Positions 7,951-14,870 of a stretch of DNA of 35,409 nucleotides are shown here, piece after piece; the first letter of the stretch is position 1; every line of letters begins with the position of its first letter. The notes beneath the pieces are model-generated. The model saw only the letters and a list, made by a program, of their open reading frames with translations. It did not search any database and had not been told where the DNA came from. The translations under genes and the position numbers were made by a program. The stretch comes from an archaeon (lineage in GTDB: Archaea > Nanobdellota > Nanobdellia > Pacearchaeales > GW2011-AR1), in NCBI GenBank assembly GCA_025453475.1, contig JALOQH010000001.1, forward strand, positions 1 to 35,409. The letters are read 5' to 3'.

Positions 7951-9528
7951 ATGACTGAAGATAAAAAAGATGCGAAAGAGCAGAGAATCAGGGCAATCAC
8001 AAGACTCCATTATTCCAAGCCGAATGTAATTGAAGCTATTGCAAAATTCTCGCGGGACAGGGAGGTTGTTCCCAGATATTTTGAGGGGTTTGGGAAAAGA
8101 CCTGACCAGATACAATATCCGTCGGATATAATGGGGATGGTAAACCGCGGGGCAACATCTTTTCACGCTTCAGAGGAATTGTGGCTTGACCCGTTGAAGA
8201 TTGACTCAAATATGACTCCTGAAGAGCTGAGCAAAATAAGAAAGTCATGGGATTTGCTTATTGACGTAGACTCTCCGTTTCTTGACTGCTCAAAAATCGC
8301 AACAAAATTAATCATTGCCGCGCTTGAACAGCATGGAGTTAAGAATTATGGCGTTAAATTCTCCGGCAGCAAGGGATTTCATATAATTGTGCCTGGGAAG
8401 GCTTTCCCGAGAATATTCAATGGGCAGGAAACAAAGAATATGTTTCCGGAATGGGCAAGAGCAATATCTGAATACCTGATGAATTGGATAAGACCTACAT
8501 ATAATAAAGAGGTTGCAAAACTTTTCAGTGAAGAAGAAATCCTGAAAAGGACAAATCTGAAAAGAGAAGATTTGAAATCCACGAGATGCCTGCAGTGCAA
8601 TAATGCTGCGCAGAAAGGAATCCTCGTAAAACTATACTGCCCTGAATGCGGATTTGAAGCAGAAAGAAGAGAATTAAAGTTAAATAAAAGAAAGCTCAGA
8701 TGCCTGAACGAAAACTGCCCCGGAATTCTTGAGATGAGAGATTCTGAGGAGTACAGCTATTGCGGATATTGCAAGGACCCTGAAAATGAAAAAATTGCGC
8801 TCTCATCCGACAGACATCCTGACAAGTTTGAGGAGACAGTTGGAATAAATGCGGAAGTGATTGCAAATCTTGATTTGGTTCTTGTTGCCCCGAGGCATCT
8901 TTTCAGAATGCCGTATTCGCTTCACGAAAAAACCGCTCTTGCGAGCGTGGTCCTGAAAAAAGAGCAGATTGAATCATTTTCCCCGAGAGATGCTGACCCA
9001 TTGAAAGTGAAGATTGCGGATTTCCTTCCAAATTCAATTGAAGGCGAGGCAAAAGGACTGCTCGCATCTGCACTTGAATGGAAGCGGGATTTTTCTGCAG
9101 CAGAAGAAAAAGCAATTACAAAGAAGTATGCAAACTACCAAAACTCCGGAAATTTTGAGAAGATTGATTCAAGAAATGTAACTGAGGATATGTTCCCGAA
9201 GCCCATAAAGAAGCTTCTTCTTGGCTTGAAAGACGGAAAGAAAAGGGGGCTGTTTATCCTCATCACATTTTTAAGAAGCCTGAATTTCCCGCCGGATTTT
9301 ATTAATATGCGGGTTCGCGAGTGGAATAAGAAGAACGAGCCTCCTTTGAAAGAGGGATATATCAAGAGCCAGATTGATTGGCACCTAAGGCAGAGAAAGA
9401 ATATACTCCCGCCGAACTATGACAACAAGAGCTTTTACACTGACCTTGGGCTGCTTGACGGAAAACCAGAGGTAAAGAACCCCATCGTGGAAGTAACCAG
9501 AAAGGTAAGGAACAGAAGCTATAATTAA
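7951..9528 (+). CDS. priS: DNA primase, single-chain PriS catalytic domain fused to a Cys-free PriL-CTD-like helical domain
   Basis: AEP motifs are present: I DLLIDVDSP, II KFSGSKGFHIIVP, III LFRMPYSLHEKT. An insert carries two Cys4 ribbons (CLQC..CPEC and CLNENC..CGYC). The C-terminal segment FPKPIKKLLLGLKDGKKRGLFILITFLRSLN resembles the PriL C-terminal domain. The first ATG in frame is 7951; the track's 7936 start is TTG. Confidence 0.85.
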   Translation: MTEDKKDAKEQRIRAITRLHYSKPNVIEAIAKFSRDREVVPRYFEGFGKRPDQIQYPSDIMGMVNRGATSFHASEELWLDPLKIDSNMTPEELSKIRKSWDLLIDVDSPFLDCSKIATKLIIAALEQHGVKNYGVKFSGSKGFHIIVPGKAFPRIFNGQETKNMFPEWARAISEYLMNWIRPTYNKEVAKLFSEEEILKRTNLKREDLKSTRCLQCNNAAQKGILVKLYCPECGFEAERRELKLNKRKLRCLNENCPGILEMRDSEEYSYCGYCKDPENEKIALSSDRHPDKFEETVGINAEVIANLDLVLVAPRHLFRMPYSLHEKTALASVVLKKEQIESFSPRDADPLKVKIADFLPNSIEGEAKGLLASALEWKRDFSAAEEKAITKKYANYQNSGNFEKIDSRNVTEDMFPKPIKKLLLGLKDGKKRGLFILITFLRSLNFPPDFINMRVREWNKKNEPPLKEGYIKSQIDWHLRQRKNILPPNYDNKSFYTDLGLLDGKPEVKNPIVEVTRKVRNRSYN

Positions 9529-9602
9529 AATATAACCAAGAAAGAGAAGAGTAGATTAAATATCTTTTGTCTTGGGAAGATTGTTTTGAAGATTGGATTT
9601 CT

Positions 9603-9610
9603 ATTTAAAT
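9603..9610 (+). promoter_or_regulatory. putative TATA element upstream of the 9634 ORF
   Basis: TATTTAAA is centred about 27 nt upstream of the ATG at 9634. It is only about 18 nt from the alternative ATG at 9625. Confidence 0.4.
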
Positions 9611-9633
9611 CTGAAATAACCATAATGATTTTG

Positions 9634-9909
9634 ATGGGGGAGACAAAAGCAGGAAGATTGGGCAGATTCCTTGCGATTTACATCGGTTACGCCATCAGGG
9701 AGATGCCTGCAGATGGAAAAAAAGAGTATTGCAAAAAGATTGAACAGGTGATTTCCGATTCTGCATTAAATGATGAGCTAGCAGAAATTGAAGAGTTTAA
9801 TCCTGCCTGCCCAGAGCATGCTGGCAGACTTGTGAAGCAGATTGCTAACCTTCAGTATAACCTTAACACAAGAAGGAACACAATCGAGGGGTTCTTAAGA
9901 GAACTTTGA
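9634..9909 (+). CDS. hypothetical small protein (about 91 aa), no recognisable domain
   Basis: The ORF lies in the primase-downstream spacer on the same strand. The start was chosen from TATA spacing; alternatives are ATG 9625 and TTG 9586. I recognise no motifs. Confidence 0.45.
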   Translation: MGETKAGRLGRFLAIYIGYAIREMPADGKKEYCKKIEQVISDSALNDELAEIEEFNPACPEHAGRLVKQIANLQYNLNTRRNTIEGFLREL

Positions 9910-9914
9910 GAACA

Positions 9915-9925
9915 TTTTTAAATAA
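9915..9925 (+). promoter_or_regulatory. putative TATA element, leaderless promoter of the 9944 gene
   Basis: TTTTTAAATAA is centred 24 nt upstream of the ATG at 9944. No SD is present. Confidence 0.5.
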
Positions 9926-9943
9926 CCATTACATTAAAATCCT

Positions 9944-11794
9944 ATGAAAAAAGGCAGGTTATTTGCAGTATATATTATAGCTGTTCTTGCTGCGATTTTG
10001 TTATCGATGGGTTCTGTAAGCGCTGCTGCCAACGACAGCATGGATACAAGCGCAAAAGCCTATAAATGCCTTGAAGACCAGATTTCAACAAAGGGCGCGA
10101 GTGCGCTGTCTTTGCAAGAGGCGGTTTTCTCAATGCTTGCCTTGGGCTCAAAAAGCGGACTTTCGGATAAGATAGAATCTGAGAAGGGAGCTTCATGCTG
10201 GCCGAAATCAGGATGCACGATAAGAGACAGTGCCCAGGTTTTGCTTGCGTACCAAAGAGCTGGAAAGGGCACAGGAGAGATTGAAAAATGGCTCGAGACA
10301 AAGAATGCAACTCCCACAGAACTAAAGTGGCTTCTTGAGATAGACATAACAAATGGAGTCAGCGCAAACTGCACAATAAATGACGGAACAAAGGAAAATA
10401 AGATAAAGATTCTTGACACAATGAGGCTGCAGGGAAGCCCTGGCAGCTGCATGGTAATTGACCCCTCTGGATTTATGCTAAGAATAAACAGCAATTGCAT
10501 GGGCACGCAGTTTACCATATCGTGCGACGCGGATTTTGTAACAACAATGCTTTACCAGAGAGGAACAGGCGGAACAGTGTTTGTCCCTTCTGAAACACAC
10601 TCCGCAGCTGCTTCAGGCACAACAACAGAGAGACCGAATGCAAAGTGCTTCAAGACAGCAAGCACATGCGATTATGAGGGCACTCTTTGGGCCGCGCTTG
10701 CATTGCAGAAACTCGGAAAGGATGTAAGCGAGTATATGCCTTACCTTCTTGCGCTTGCTCCGGATAATCCGAGATACTTCCCAGAAACATTCTTATATAT
10801 ATTGGGCGGCGGAGAAGAGCAATACTCCTCAATTGTGCAAAACCAGAAGCAGGGCAAATACTGGGAGCAGGCAGGAACACCTTACGGCAAATTCTACGAC
10901 ACTGCGCTTGCCCTGATGTCATTGAGCGGAAAGTCTTCTGCAGAGTACGATAATGCAAAGAACTATCTTTCAAGTGTTCAGACAAAAGACGGGTGCTGGA
11001 ATAATAATAACATAAAAGACACGGCATTCCTGCTTTACGGCGGATGGCAGAAGTCAGCGAGTACAGAGGCAAAAGCTGCGCCGTCGTGCACTGGAAGCGG
11101 ATTTTCATGCGAGAACCTATATGATTGCGTAAATGCAAATGGAACTGTCCAGTACGGCTATGAGTGCCTTGGTGCAGGATTGTCCTGCTGTTCTGTAAAA
11201 GTCGCTCAGCAGACATGCACTCAAAAAGGCGGAATGGTTTGCACCATTGAGCAGACATGCGATGGAAGATTGGAATCAGCGTCTGACGGCTCATGCTGTC
11301 TCGGCGGCGCGTGTATCGCGGCAGTAAGCCCAATAACTGAAACATGCGGGGGCGCAGGTGGAATCTGCAAAGATTCGTGCGAGTCCAACGAAGAATATCT
11401 CTCGGTTGAAACGTGCGGGCAGGCAACCCAGATTTGCTGCAGAACAAAAGCTGGCTCGCTTATGTGGCTTTGGATAATATTGCTCATAATCCTGATAGCC
11501 TTGGTTGTGCTTGGAATAATATACCGCGACAAGGTAAAAATCTGGTGGTTCAAGTTCAAGGAGAAATTCAAGAAGAAGCCAGCTCAGCCTCCTGCAGGAG
11601 GACTGCCTGCTGCAAGGATACTTCCCCCTGGAATGGCAAGACCGCCGATGGTGGGAGCACCAAGACCTCCAATGGGATATCCCATGAGGCCAATGCCTGC
11701 ACCTGCAAGAGCTGTTCCTCCAAGACAGCCTACTGCAAAGGACAGGGAAATGGAAGAGACACTTAAGAAGATAAAAGAGATAGGCAAGAAGTAA
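9944..11794 (+). CDS. type I anchored surface protein: signal peptide, prenyltransferase/terpene-cyclase-like alpha/alpha-toroid repeats, three Cys-rich modules, TM helix, Pro/Met-rich cytoplasmic tail
   Basis: The signal peptide is MKKGRLFAVYIIAVLAAILLSMGSVSA. Repeated helical-hairpin motifs are present (LQEAVFSMLALGS, RDSAQVLLAYQRAG, YEGTLWAALALQKLG, FYDTALALMSLSG) along with a QW-like motif, VQTKDGCWNNN..DTAFLLYGG. The TM helix is LMWLWIILLIILIALVVLGIIY. The tail is PPAGGLPAARILPPGMARPPMVGAPRPPMGYPMRPMPAP. Confidence 0.85.
   Translation: MKKGRLFAVYIIAVLAAILLSMGSVSAAANDSMDTSAKAYKCLEDQISTKGASALSLQEAVFSMLALGSKSGLSDKIESEKGASCWPKSGCTIRDSAQVLLAYQRAGKGTGEIEKWLETKNATPTELKWLLEIDITNGVSANCTINDGTKENKIKILDTMRLQGSPGSCMVIDPSGFMLRINSNCMGTQFTISCDADFVTTMLYQRGTGGTVFVPSETHSAAASGTTTERPNAKCFKTASTCDYEGTLWAALALQKLGKDVSEYMPYLLALAPDNPRYFPETFLYILGGGEEQYSSIVQNQKQGKYWEQAGTPYGKFYDTALALMSLSGKSSAEYDNAKNYLSSVQTKDGCWNNNNIKDTAFLLYGGWQKSASTEAKAAPSCTGSGFSCENLYDCVNANGTVQYGYECLGAGLSCCSVKVAQQTCTQKGGMVCTIEQTCDGRLESASDGSCCLGGACIAAVSPITETCGGAGGICKDSCESNEEYLSVETCGQATQICCRTKAGSLMWLWIILLIILIALVVLGIIYRDKVKIWWFKFKEKFKKKPAQPPAGGLPAARILPPGMARPPMVGAPRPPMGYPMRPMPAPARAVPPRQPTAKDREMEETLKKIKEIGKK
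11087..11440 (+). repeat. three tandem Cys-rich modules (protein-level repeat) preceding the TM helix
   Basis: Module A (11087..11191) is C-x6-C-x5-C-x12-C-x6-CC. Module B (11216..11314) is C-x7-C-x5-C-x11-CC-x4-C. Module C (11345..11440) is C-x6-C-x3-C-x11-C-x6-CC. Confidence 0.7.
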
Positions 11795-11803
11795 AACAGC
11801 AAA

Positions 11804-11812
11804 TTTATATAA
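11804..11812 (+). promoter_or_regulatory. putative TATA element, leaderless promoter of the 11833 gene
   Basis: TTTATATAA is centred 25 nt upstream of the ATG at 11833. Confidence 0.5.
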
Positions 11813-11832
11813 TTGTTCTATTTGGATTTGAT

Positions 11833-12897
11833 ATGAAAAGAATGCTGGTGTTCGCGATTGTTCTTATGATTTCCATGCAGGGAGTGTTTGCGATATCCAC
11901 TAATCTAAAAGACAGTTATAAGCCGGGGGAGACAGTTGCAAGCGAAATTTACGGGAATATCCTTGAGCCAATAACCAAAGATAGCGTGGAATTCAGAAGA
12001 GGGCATGTGCTTGTGCCGTTTGAATATGATTTGAAGAGGCTTGGCGACAAATACTATCTCTGGATGATTACTCCAGAAAATGAGGAGAACTACACGCTGA
12101 TTATAAAAGATATAACAACAACTGTTTCGGGCGAGATAAAAGAAGTAGACTATGAAAAGAATTTTACGACAAAGGGAAATCTAAGCGATTATTCTGTAAA
12201 GCCGGGTTTTATCTATGCACAAAGTGATTTTGAGCTGACAATGAATCTTAACCAGGACATGGAAAAGAGCATTCAGATTAACTTTCCGAACAAGACAAAT
12301 ATTGTGCTTAAGCCGGGAGAGAACAAATTTATGTTTTCCATAGGGGGAATCAATAAAACAGAGCTTAGAAATATCACAATAGGAAAATATTCCCTGCCAA
12401 TGTATGTTATTGTAAATAAAACAATAACGGCAGATGTTACTAATGCTACGAAGGAAGAGGAGGAGGAAGAAAAGGAAGAGAAAATTGAAATCCGCACAGA
12501 AAACCAGAGCGGGCAGAGATTCGAGAATTTCAGCATATATCCGTGCTCAGGAACTGACGGATTAAATGGGAAGATATGCGCGGCTGATGAAGTTTGCTCC
12601 GGAAAAGAAGTTGTTTCGGCAGATGGAATCTGCTGTAACATTGGAGAGTGCATGAAGAAAGAGCAGGTCAAGAAAGGAGGCAATGCGTGGATAGGCTATG
12701 TTGTTGCTGCCCTGGTAATTATCGGCGGGGTTTTTATCTGGATAAAATACAAGGGCGTTAAAAAGGAAGAGAACCCCATAGAAAAAGCTGCCCGGCAATT
12801 ATCTCCGAGATCACCTTACTTCTTTTTTGCCTTTTTCTTTGGAGATTTTGATTTCTTTTCCTTAACCTCGGCTGGAGCGGGTTGGGGCGCTGGCTGA
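11833..12897 (+). CDS. type I anchored, sequon-rich surface protein with poly-Glu linker and one Cys-rich juxtamembrane module
   Basis: The signal peptide is MKRMLVFAIVLMISMQGVFA, and there are about 10 N-x-S/T sequons. The linker is KEEEEEEKEEK. A Cys module (12544..12651) has the same spacing as module B of the upstream gene. The TM helix is AWIGYVVAALVIIGGVFIWI. The last 27 codons are antisense to the tail of the convergent gene. Confidence 0.8.
   Translation: MKRMLVFAIVLMISMQGVFAISTNLKDSYKPGETVASEIYGNILEPITKDSVEFRRGHVLVPFEYDLKRLGDKYYLWMITPENEENYTLIIKDITTTVSGEIKEVDYEKNFTTKGNLSDYSVKPGFIYAQSDFELTMNLNQDMEKSIQINFPNKTNIVLKPGENKFMFSIGGINKTELRNITIGKYSLPMYVIVNKTITADVTNATKEEEEEEKEEKIEIRTENQSGQRFENFSIYPCSGTDGLNGKICAADEVCSGKEVVSADGICCNIGECMKKEQVKKGGNAWIGYVVAALVIIGGVFIWIKYKGVKKEENPIEKAARQLSPRSPYFFFAFFFGDFDFFSLTSAGAGWGAG
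12544..12651 (+). repeat. fourth copy of the Cys-rich module (C-x10-C-x5-C-x11-CC-x4-C)
   Basis: CSGTDGLNGKICAADEVCSGKEVVSADGICCNIGEC aligns with CTQKGGMVCTIEQTCDGRLESASDGSCCLGGAC of the 9944 protein. Both sit directly N-terminal to the TM anchor. Confidence 0.65.
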
Positions 12898-13331
12898 GGG
12901 GCATTTTTGAATAATTGAGGTGCAACTTCCCGGAGTTTCCCAATAGCGAAATTCCTCTCTGCGATTATTCTCTTTGCGATTGCGTCATAATCATGCAATC
13001 TTGCCAGAAGTTTGTTGCCAAGCTCATTAAACTGGACGTTTGTCAGAGAAAAACTTGATGGGGAGATTATTTCTATATGGGCAGGCATATAGGCAAAAAT
13101 TATACCAAAGTAACTGTTCATTGATTCGAATTCTATAGTGACTTCCGCGAAAGTTGTGTATATGTCTTCGGAATCTTTCACTGCAACAGGTTCATGTACT
13201 ACCTTATCAATAACCTTTATGCCTTTTTCAGAGGATAACTTCGAAACCAATTCAGATAGAGCTGACTTTATGTGCTCTGCAGGTCTTCCAAGAATTTCAA
13301 GAACCATGACTGCCTGGATTTCTTTTGCCAT
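12816..13331 (-). CDS. hypothetical 171-aa protein with PQPAPQPAP linker and poly-Lys tail
   Basis: The ORF is clean, has its own TATA element and no signal peptide. Its C-terminus is PQPAPQPAPAEVKEKKSKSPKKKAKKK. I recognise no family. Confidence 0.7.
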   Translation of the reverse strand: MAKEIQAVMVLEILGRPAEHIKSALSELVSKLSSEKGIKVIDKVVHEPVAVKDSEDIYTTFAEVTIEFESMNSYFGIIFAYMPAHIEIISPSSFSLTNVQFNELGNKLLARLHDYDAIAKRIIAERNFAIGKLREVAPQLFKNAPQPAPQPAPAEVKEKKSKSPKKKAKKK

Positions 13332-13350
13332 AACTAAAACTAAGATATTG

Positions 13351-13363
13351 TATTTTTAAAAGC
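13351..13363 (-). promoter_or_regulatory. putative TATA element, leaderless promoter of the 13331 gene
   Basis: The minus-strand sequence GCTTTTAAAAATA is centred about 26 nt upstream of the ATG at 13331. Confidence 0.5.
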
Positions 13364-13371
13364 TTGGTTTC

Positions 13372-14052
13372 TCAAATTTTGCGAAGGGATATTAGAATAA
13401 CAACAACTATGCAGATTGCGGCAAATGCATAAGCTATCCCGAGTCTGACTTTTTCATCATTTGATATGTAACTCTCCGTTATTTGAGAAGCAGGATTAAG
13501 CAGGGTTTTTTCACCTGATGCCTCTTGGAGAAGCTCCTGGAAAGATGAGTCTTGATTGGATGACGGGACAAAATCCTCTCCAGGAGATTTGTTTAGCACT
13601 CTCTCTGTTGCTGCGCTTTCTGATTCAGAGTCTTCGCCTGCATCTGATTCCTCATCTTCATCTGCCTCTTTTTCGCCAGCTATCAGGCTTATCTTTTGGC
13701 AGACTTCTGTATAACTCGTGGCTCCCTCTTTTCTCAACCTTGAACAAATTACAGCATTCTCTGAATAATCTGTTGCCCTTACTTCAAATTCTGTTTTCGA
13801 GGGGAAAGCTGATTTAATGTAGTAATATGGATTCTTCCATCCCTCGTTGTATATCTGGGAGATTATTTTTTGCGAGGAGTTATCCATAATTACTATCTTG
13901 ACGTCATAAATATCTGATGCTGCTGCAGAAATTGAAACCGAAAAACTCTCGTTTAGCTCTGCTTCTTCAGGACATGATACAGTAAATGACAGCGCAGATG
14001 ACAGCGAGATTAAGAATACAAAAAACAAACAGCTAATAGCCATATGCTTCAT
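13372..14052 (-). CDS. secreted, C-terminally TM-anchored protein with strongly acidic linker, co-transcribed with the nuclease
   Basis: GGAGGA lies 9 nt upstream of the ATG at 14052. The signal peptide is MKHMAISCLFFVFLISLSSALS. An acidic stretch EKEADEDEESDAGEDSESESAA is present. The C-terminal TM helix is LGIAYAFAAICIVVVILISL. It overlaps the nuclease 3' end by 20 nt. Confidence 0.75.
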   Translation of the reverse strand: MKHMAISCLFFVFLISLSSALSFTVSCPEEAELNESFSVSISAAASDIYDVKIVIMDNSSQKIISQIYNEGWKNPYYYIKSAFPSKTEFEVRATDYSENAVICSRLRKEGATSYTEVCQKISLIAGEKEADEDEESDAGEDSESESAATERVLNKSPGEDFVPSSNQDSSFQELLQEASGEKTLLNPASQITESYISNDEKVRLGIAYAFAAICIVVVILISLRKI

Positions 14053-14788
14053 AGTGCACAATCCTCCCTTCTGAATCGAATAGATACAGGCTGTCCCGGT
14101 CATTATTCCAGATATTCTCCTTGGAGTTCCAGAAGAGGTCTGTTGAATTGTCCTCTCCGGCTCCAGAGTGCAGAATTAAGATTCCTGCCATTTCTTTTTT
14201 GAAAGTGTATGTTTTTCTGCTCTCATCCTTCAGATACCAGCCGACAAGATTAATTTTTGGGCAGTTGTTCTTCAGTACAATTAGTTCATTCCTGCTGTCT
14301 ATCCCAGAATCGAAACATCCGAAATATTCTGAGTTGTTCCAGATTCCGATGGAGCGCGCTATTGCGGATTTCTCTGCTTTCGCAAACTCCTTTAATTCTG
14401 ATTCATCGACCAAGAACTTTGAGGCAAGCCCAAGAGAGACTATCTCCAGATTCAGGTATTCTGGAGCATATAGCCTTGCGAGAGTTCTTTGATATTTATC
14501 TTCTCCGAGATATTCCGCCTCTATTGACTTATTTACATATTTCGAAAGAAATTCAATTGCCTGCCTGTAATTTGGAGTGCCTTTCTCAGGAGCGTTTATA
14601 TTCACAAGGCGCAGTGTTTTCCCATCCTCTGTTTTTAGGGTATCGCCGTCAACAATGCTGGCTAGAATAATATTTTCACGTCTGATTTCTTTTGAAGCAT
14701 GCGTATCAATTTCTGTGAACAGGGAAATCGAGATTATTGCAAGAAGAGATACCATCAGCGAGAATATCAGAGCGTATCTTTTTTTCAT
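14033..14788 (-). CDS. membrane-anchored extracellular staphylococcal-nuclease (SNase/thermonuclease) fused to a lamin-tail-domain (LTD)
   Basis: There is an N-terminal TM anchor. SNase catalytic blocks are present: VDGDTL, LRLVNINAPE, DKYQRTLARLY. The C-terminal LTD pattern is ELIVLKNNCPKINLVGWYLKDESRKTYTF...ILHSGAG...WNNDRDSLYLFDSEGRIV. Confidence 0.9.
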   Translation of the reverse strand: MKKRYALIFSLMVSLLAIISISLFTEIDTHASKEIRRENIILASIVDGDTLKTEDGKTLRLVNINAPEKGTPNYRQAIEFLSKYVNKSIEAEYLGEDKYQRTLARLYAPEYLNLEIVSLGLASKFLVDESELKEFAKAEKSAIARSIGIWNNSEYFGCFDSGIDSRNELIVLKNNCPKINLVGWYLKDESRKTYTFKKEMAGILILHSGAGEDNSTDLFWNSKENIWNNDRDSLYLFDSEGRIVHYEAYGY

Positions 14789-14805
14789 TCAATTCCGCAC
14801 AAAAG

Positions 14806-14826
14806 ATAATTAATATAATTAATTAT
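14806..14826. promoter_or_regulatory. perfect 9-bp inverted repeat ATAATTAAT-ATA-ATTAATTAT in the nuclease/trxB divergent spacer; probable TATA region of the nuclease gene and/or operator
   Basis: Read directly. Its centre (14816) is 28 nt upstream of the nuclease ATG (14788). Confidence 0.45.
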
Positions 14827-14840
14827 GATGTAATAGAAAG

Positions 14841-14851
14841 GTTAATTAAAC
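14841..14851 (+). promoter_or_regulatory. putative TATA element, leaderless promoter of trxB
   Basis: GTTAATTAAAC is centred 25 nt upstream of the ATG at 14871. Confidence 0.5.
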
Positions 14852-14870
14852 ATAAAAGAGAACAACTGGT

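Noticed and set aside
7858-8166. 102-aa - strand ORF overlapping the PCNA start and the primase 5' end
   Set aside because: It overlaps two well-supported genes and the divergent promoter. Its composition is Cys/Ile-rich and non-coding in character.
10650-11447. 265-aa - strand ORF (plus 10060..10518 and 9975..10352)
   Set aside because: These lie antisense within the 616-aa surface-protein gene. Their Arg/Cys/His/Leu-rich composition is typical of non-coding frames. The sense gene has a signal peptide, repeats, a TM helix and a promoter.
12445-12490. GAA/GAG-rich tract as a possible DNA repeat or satellite
   Set aside because: It is in frame inside the 11833 gene and encodes a KEEEEEEKEEK linker. 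It is low-complexity coding sequence, not an independent repeat element.
12273-12683. 136-aa - strand ORF, and the nearby 12562..12798 and 12758..12943 ORFs
   Set aside because: They lie antisense to, or out of frame with, the 11833 and 12816 genes. Their poly-Ser/Phe stretches mirror the poly-Glu/Lys coding on the other strand.
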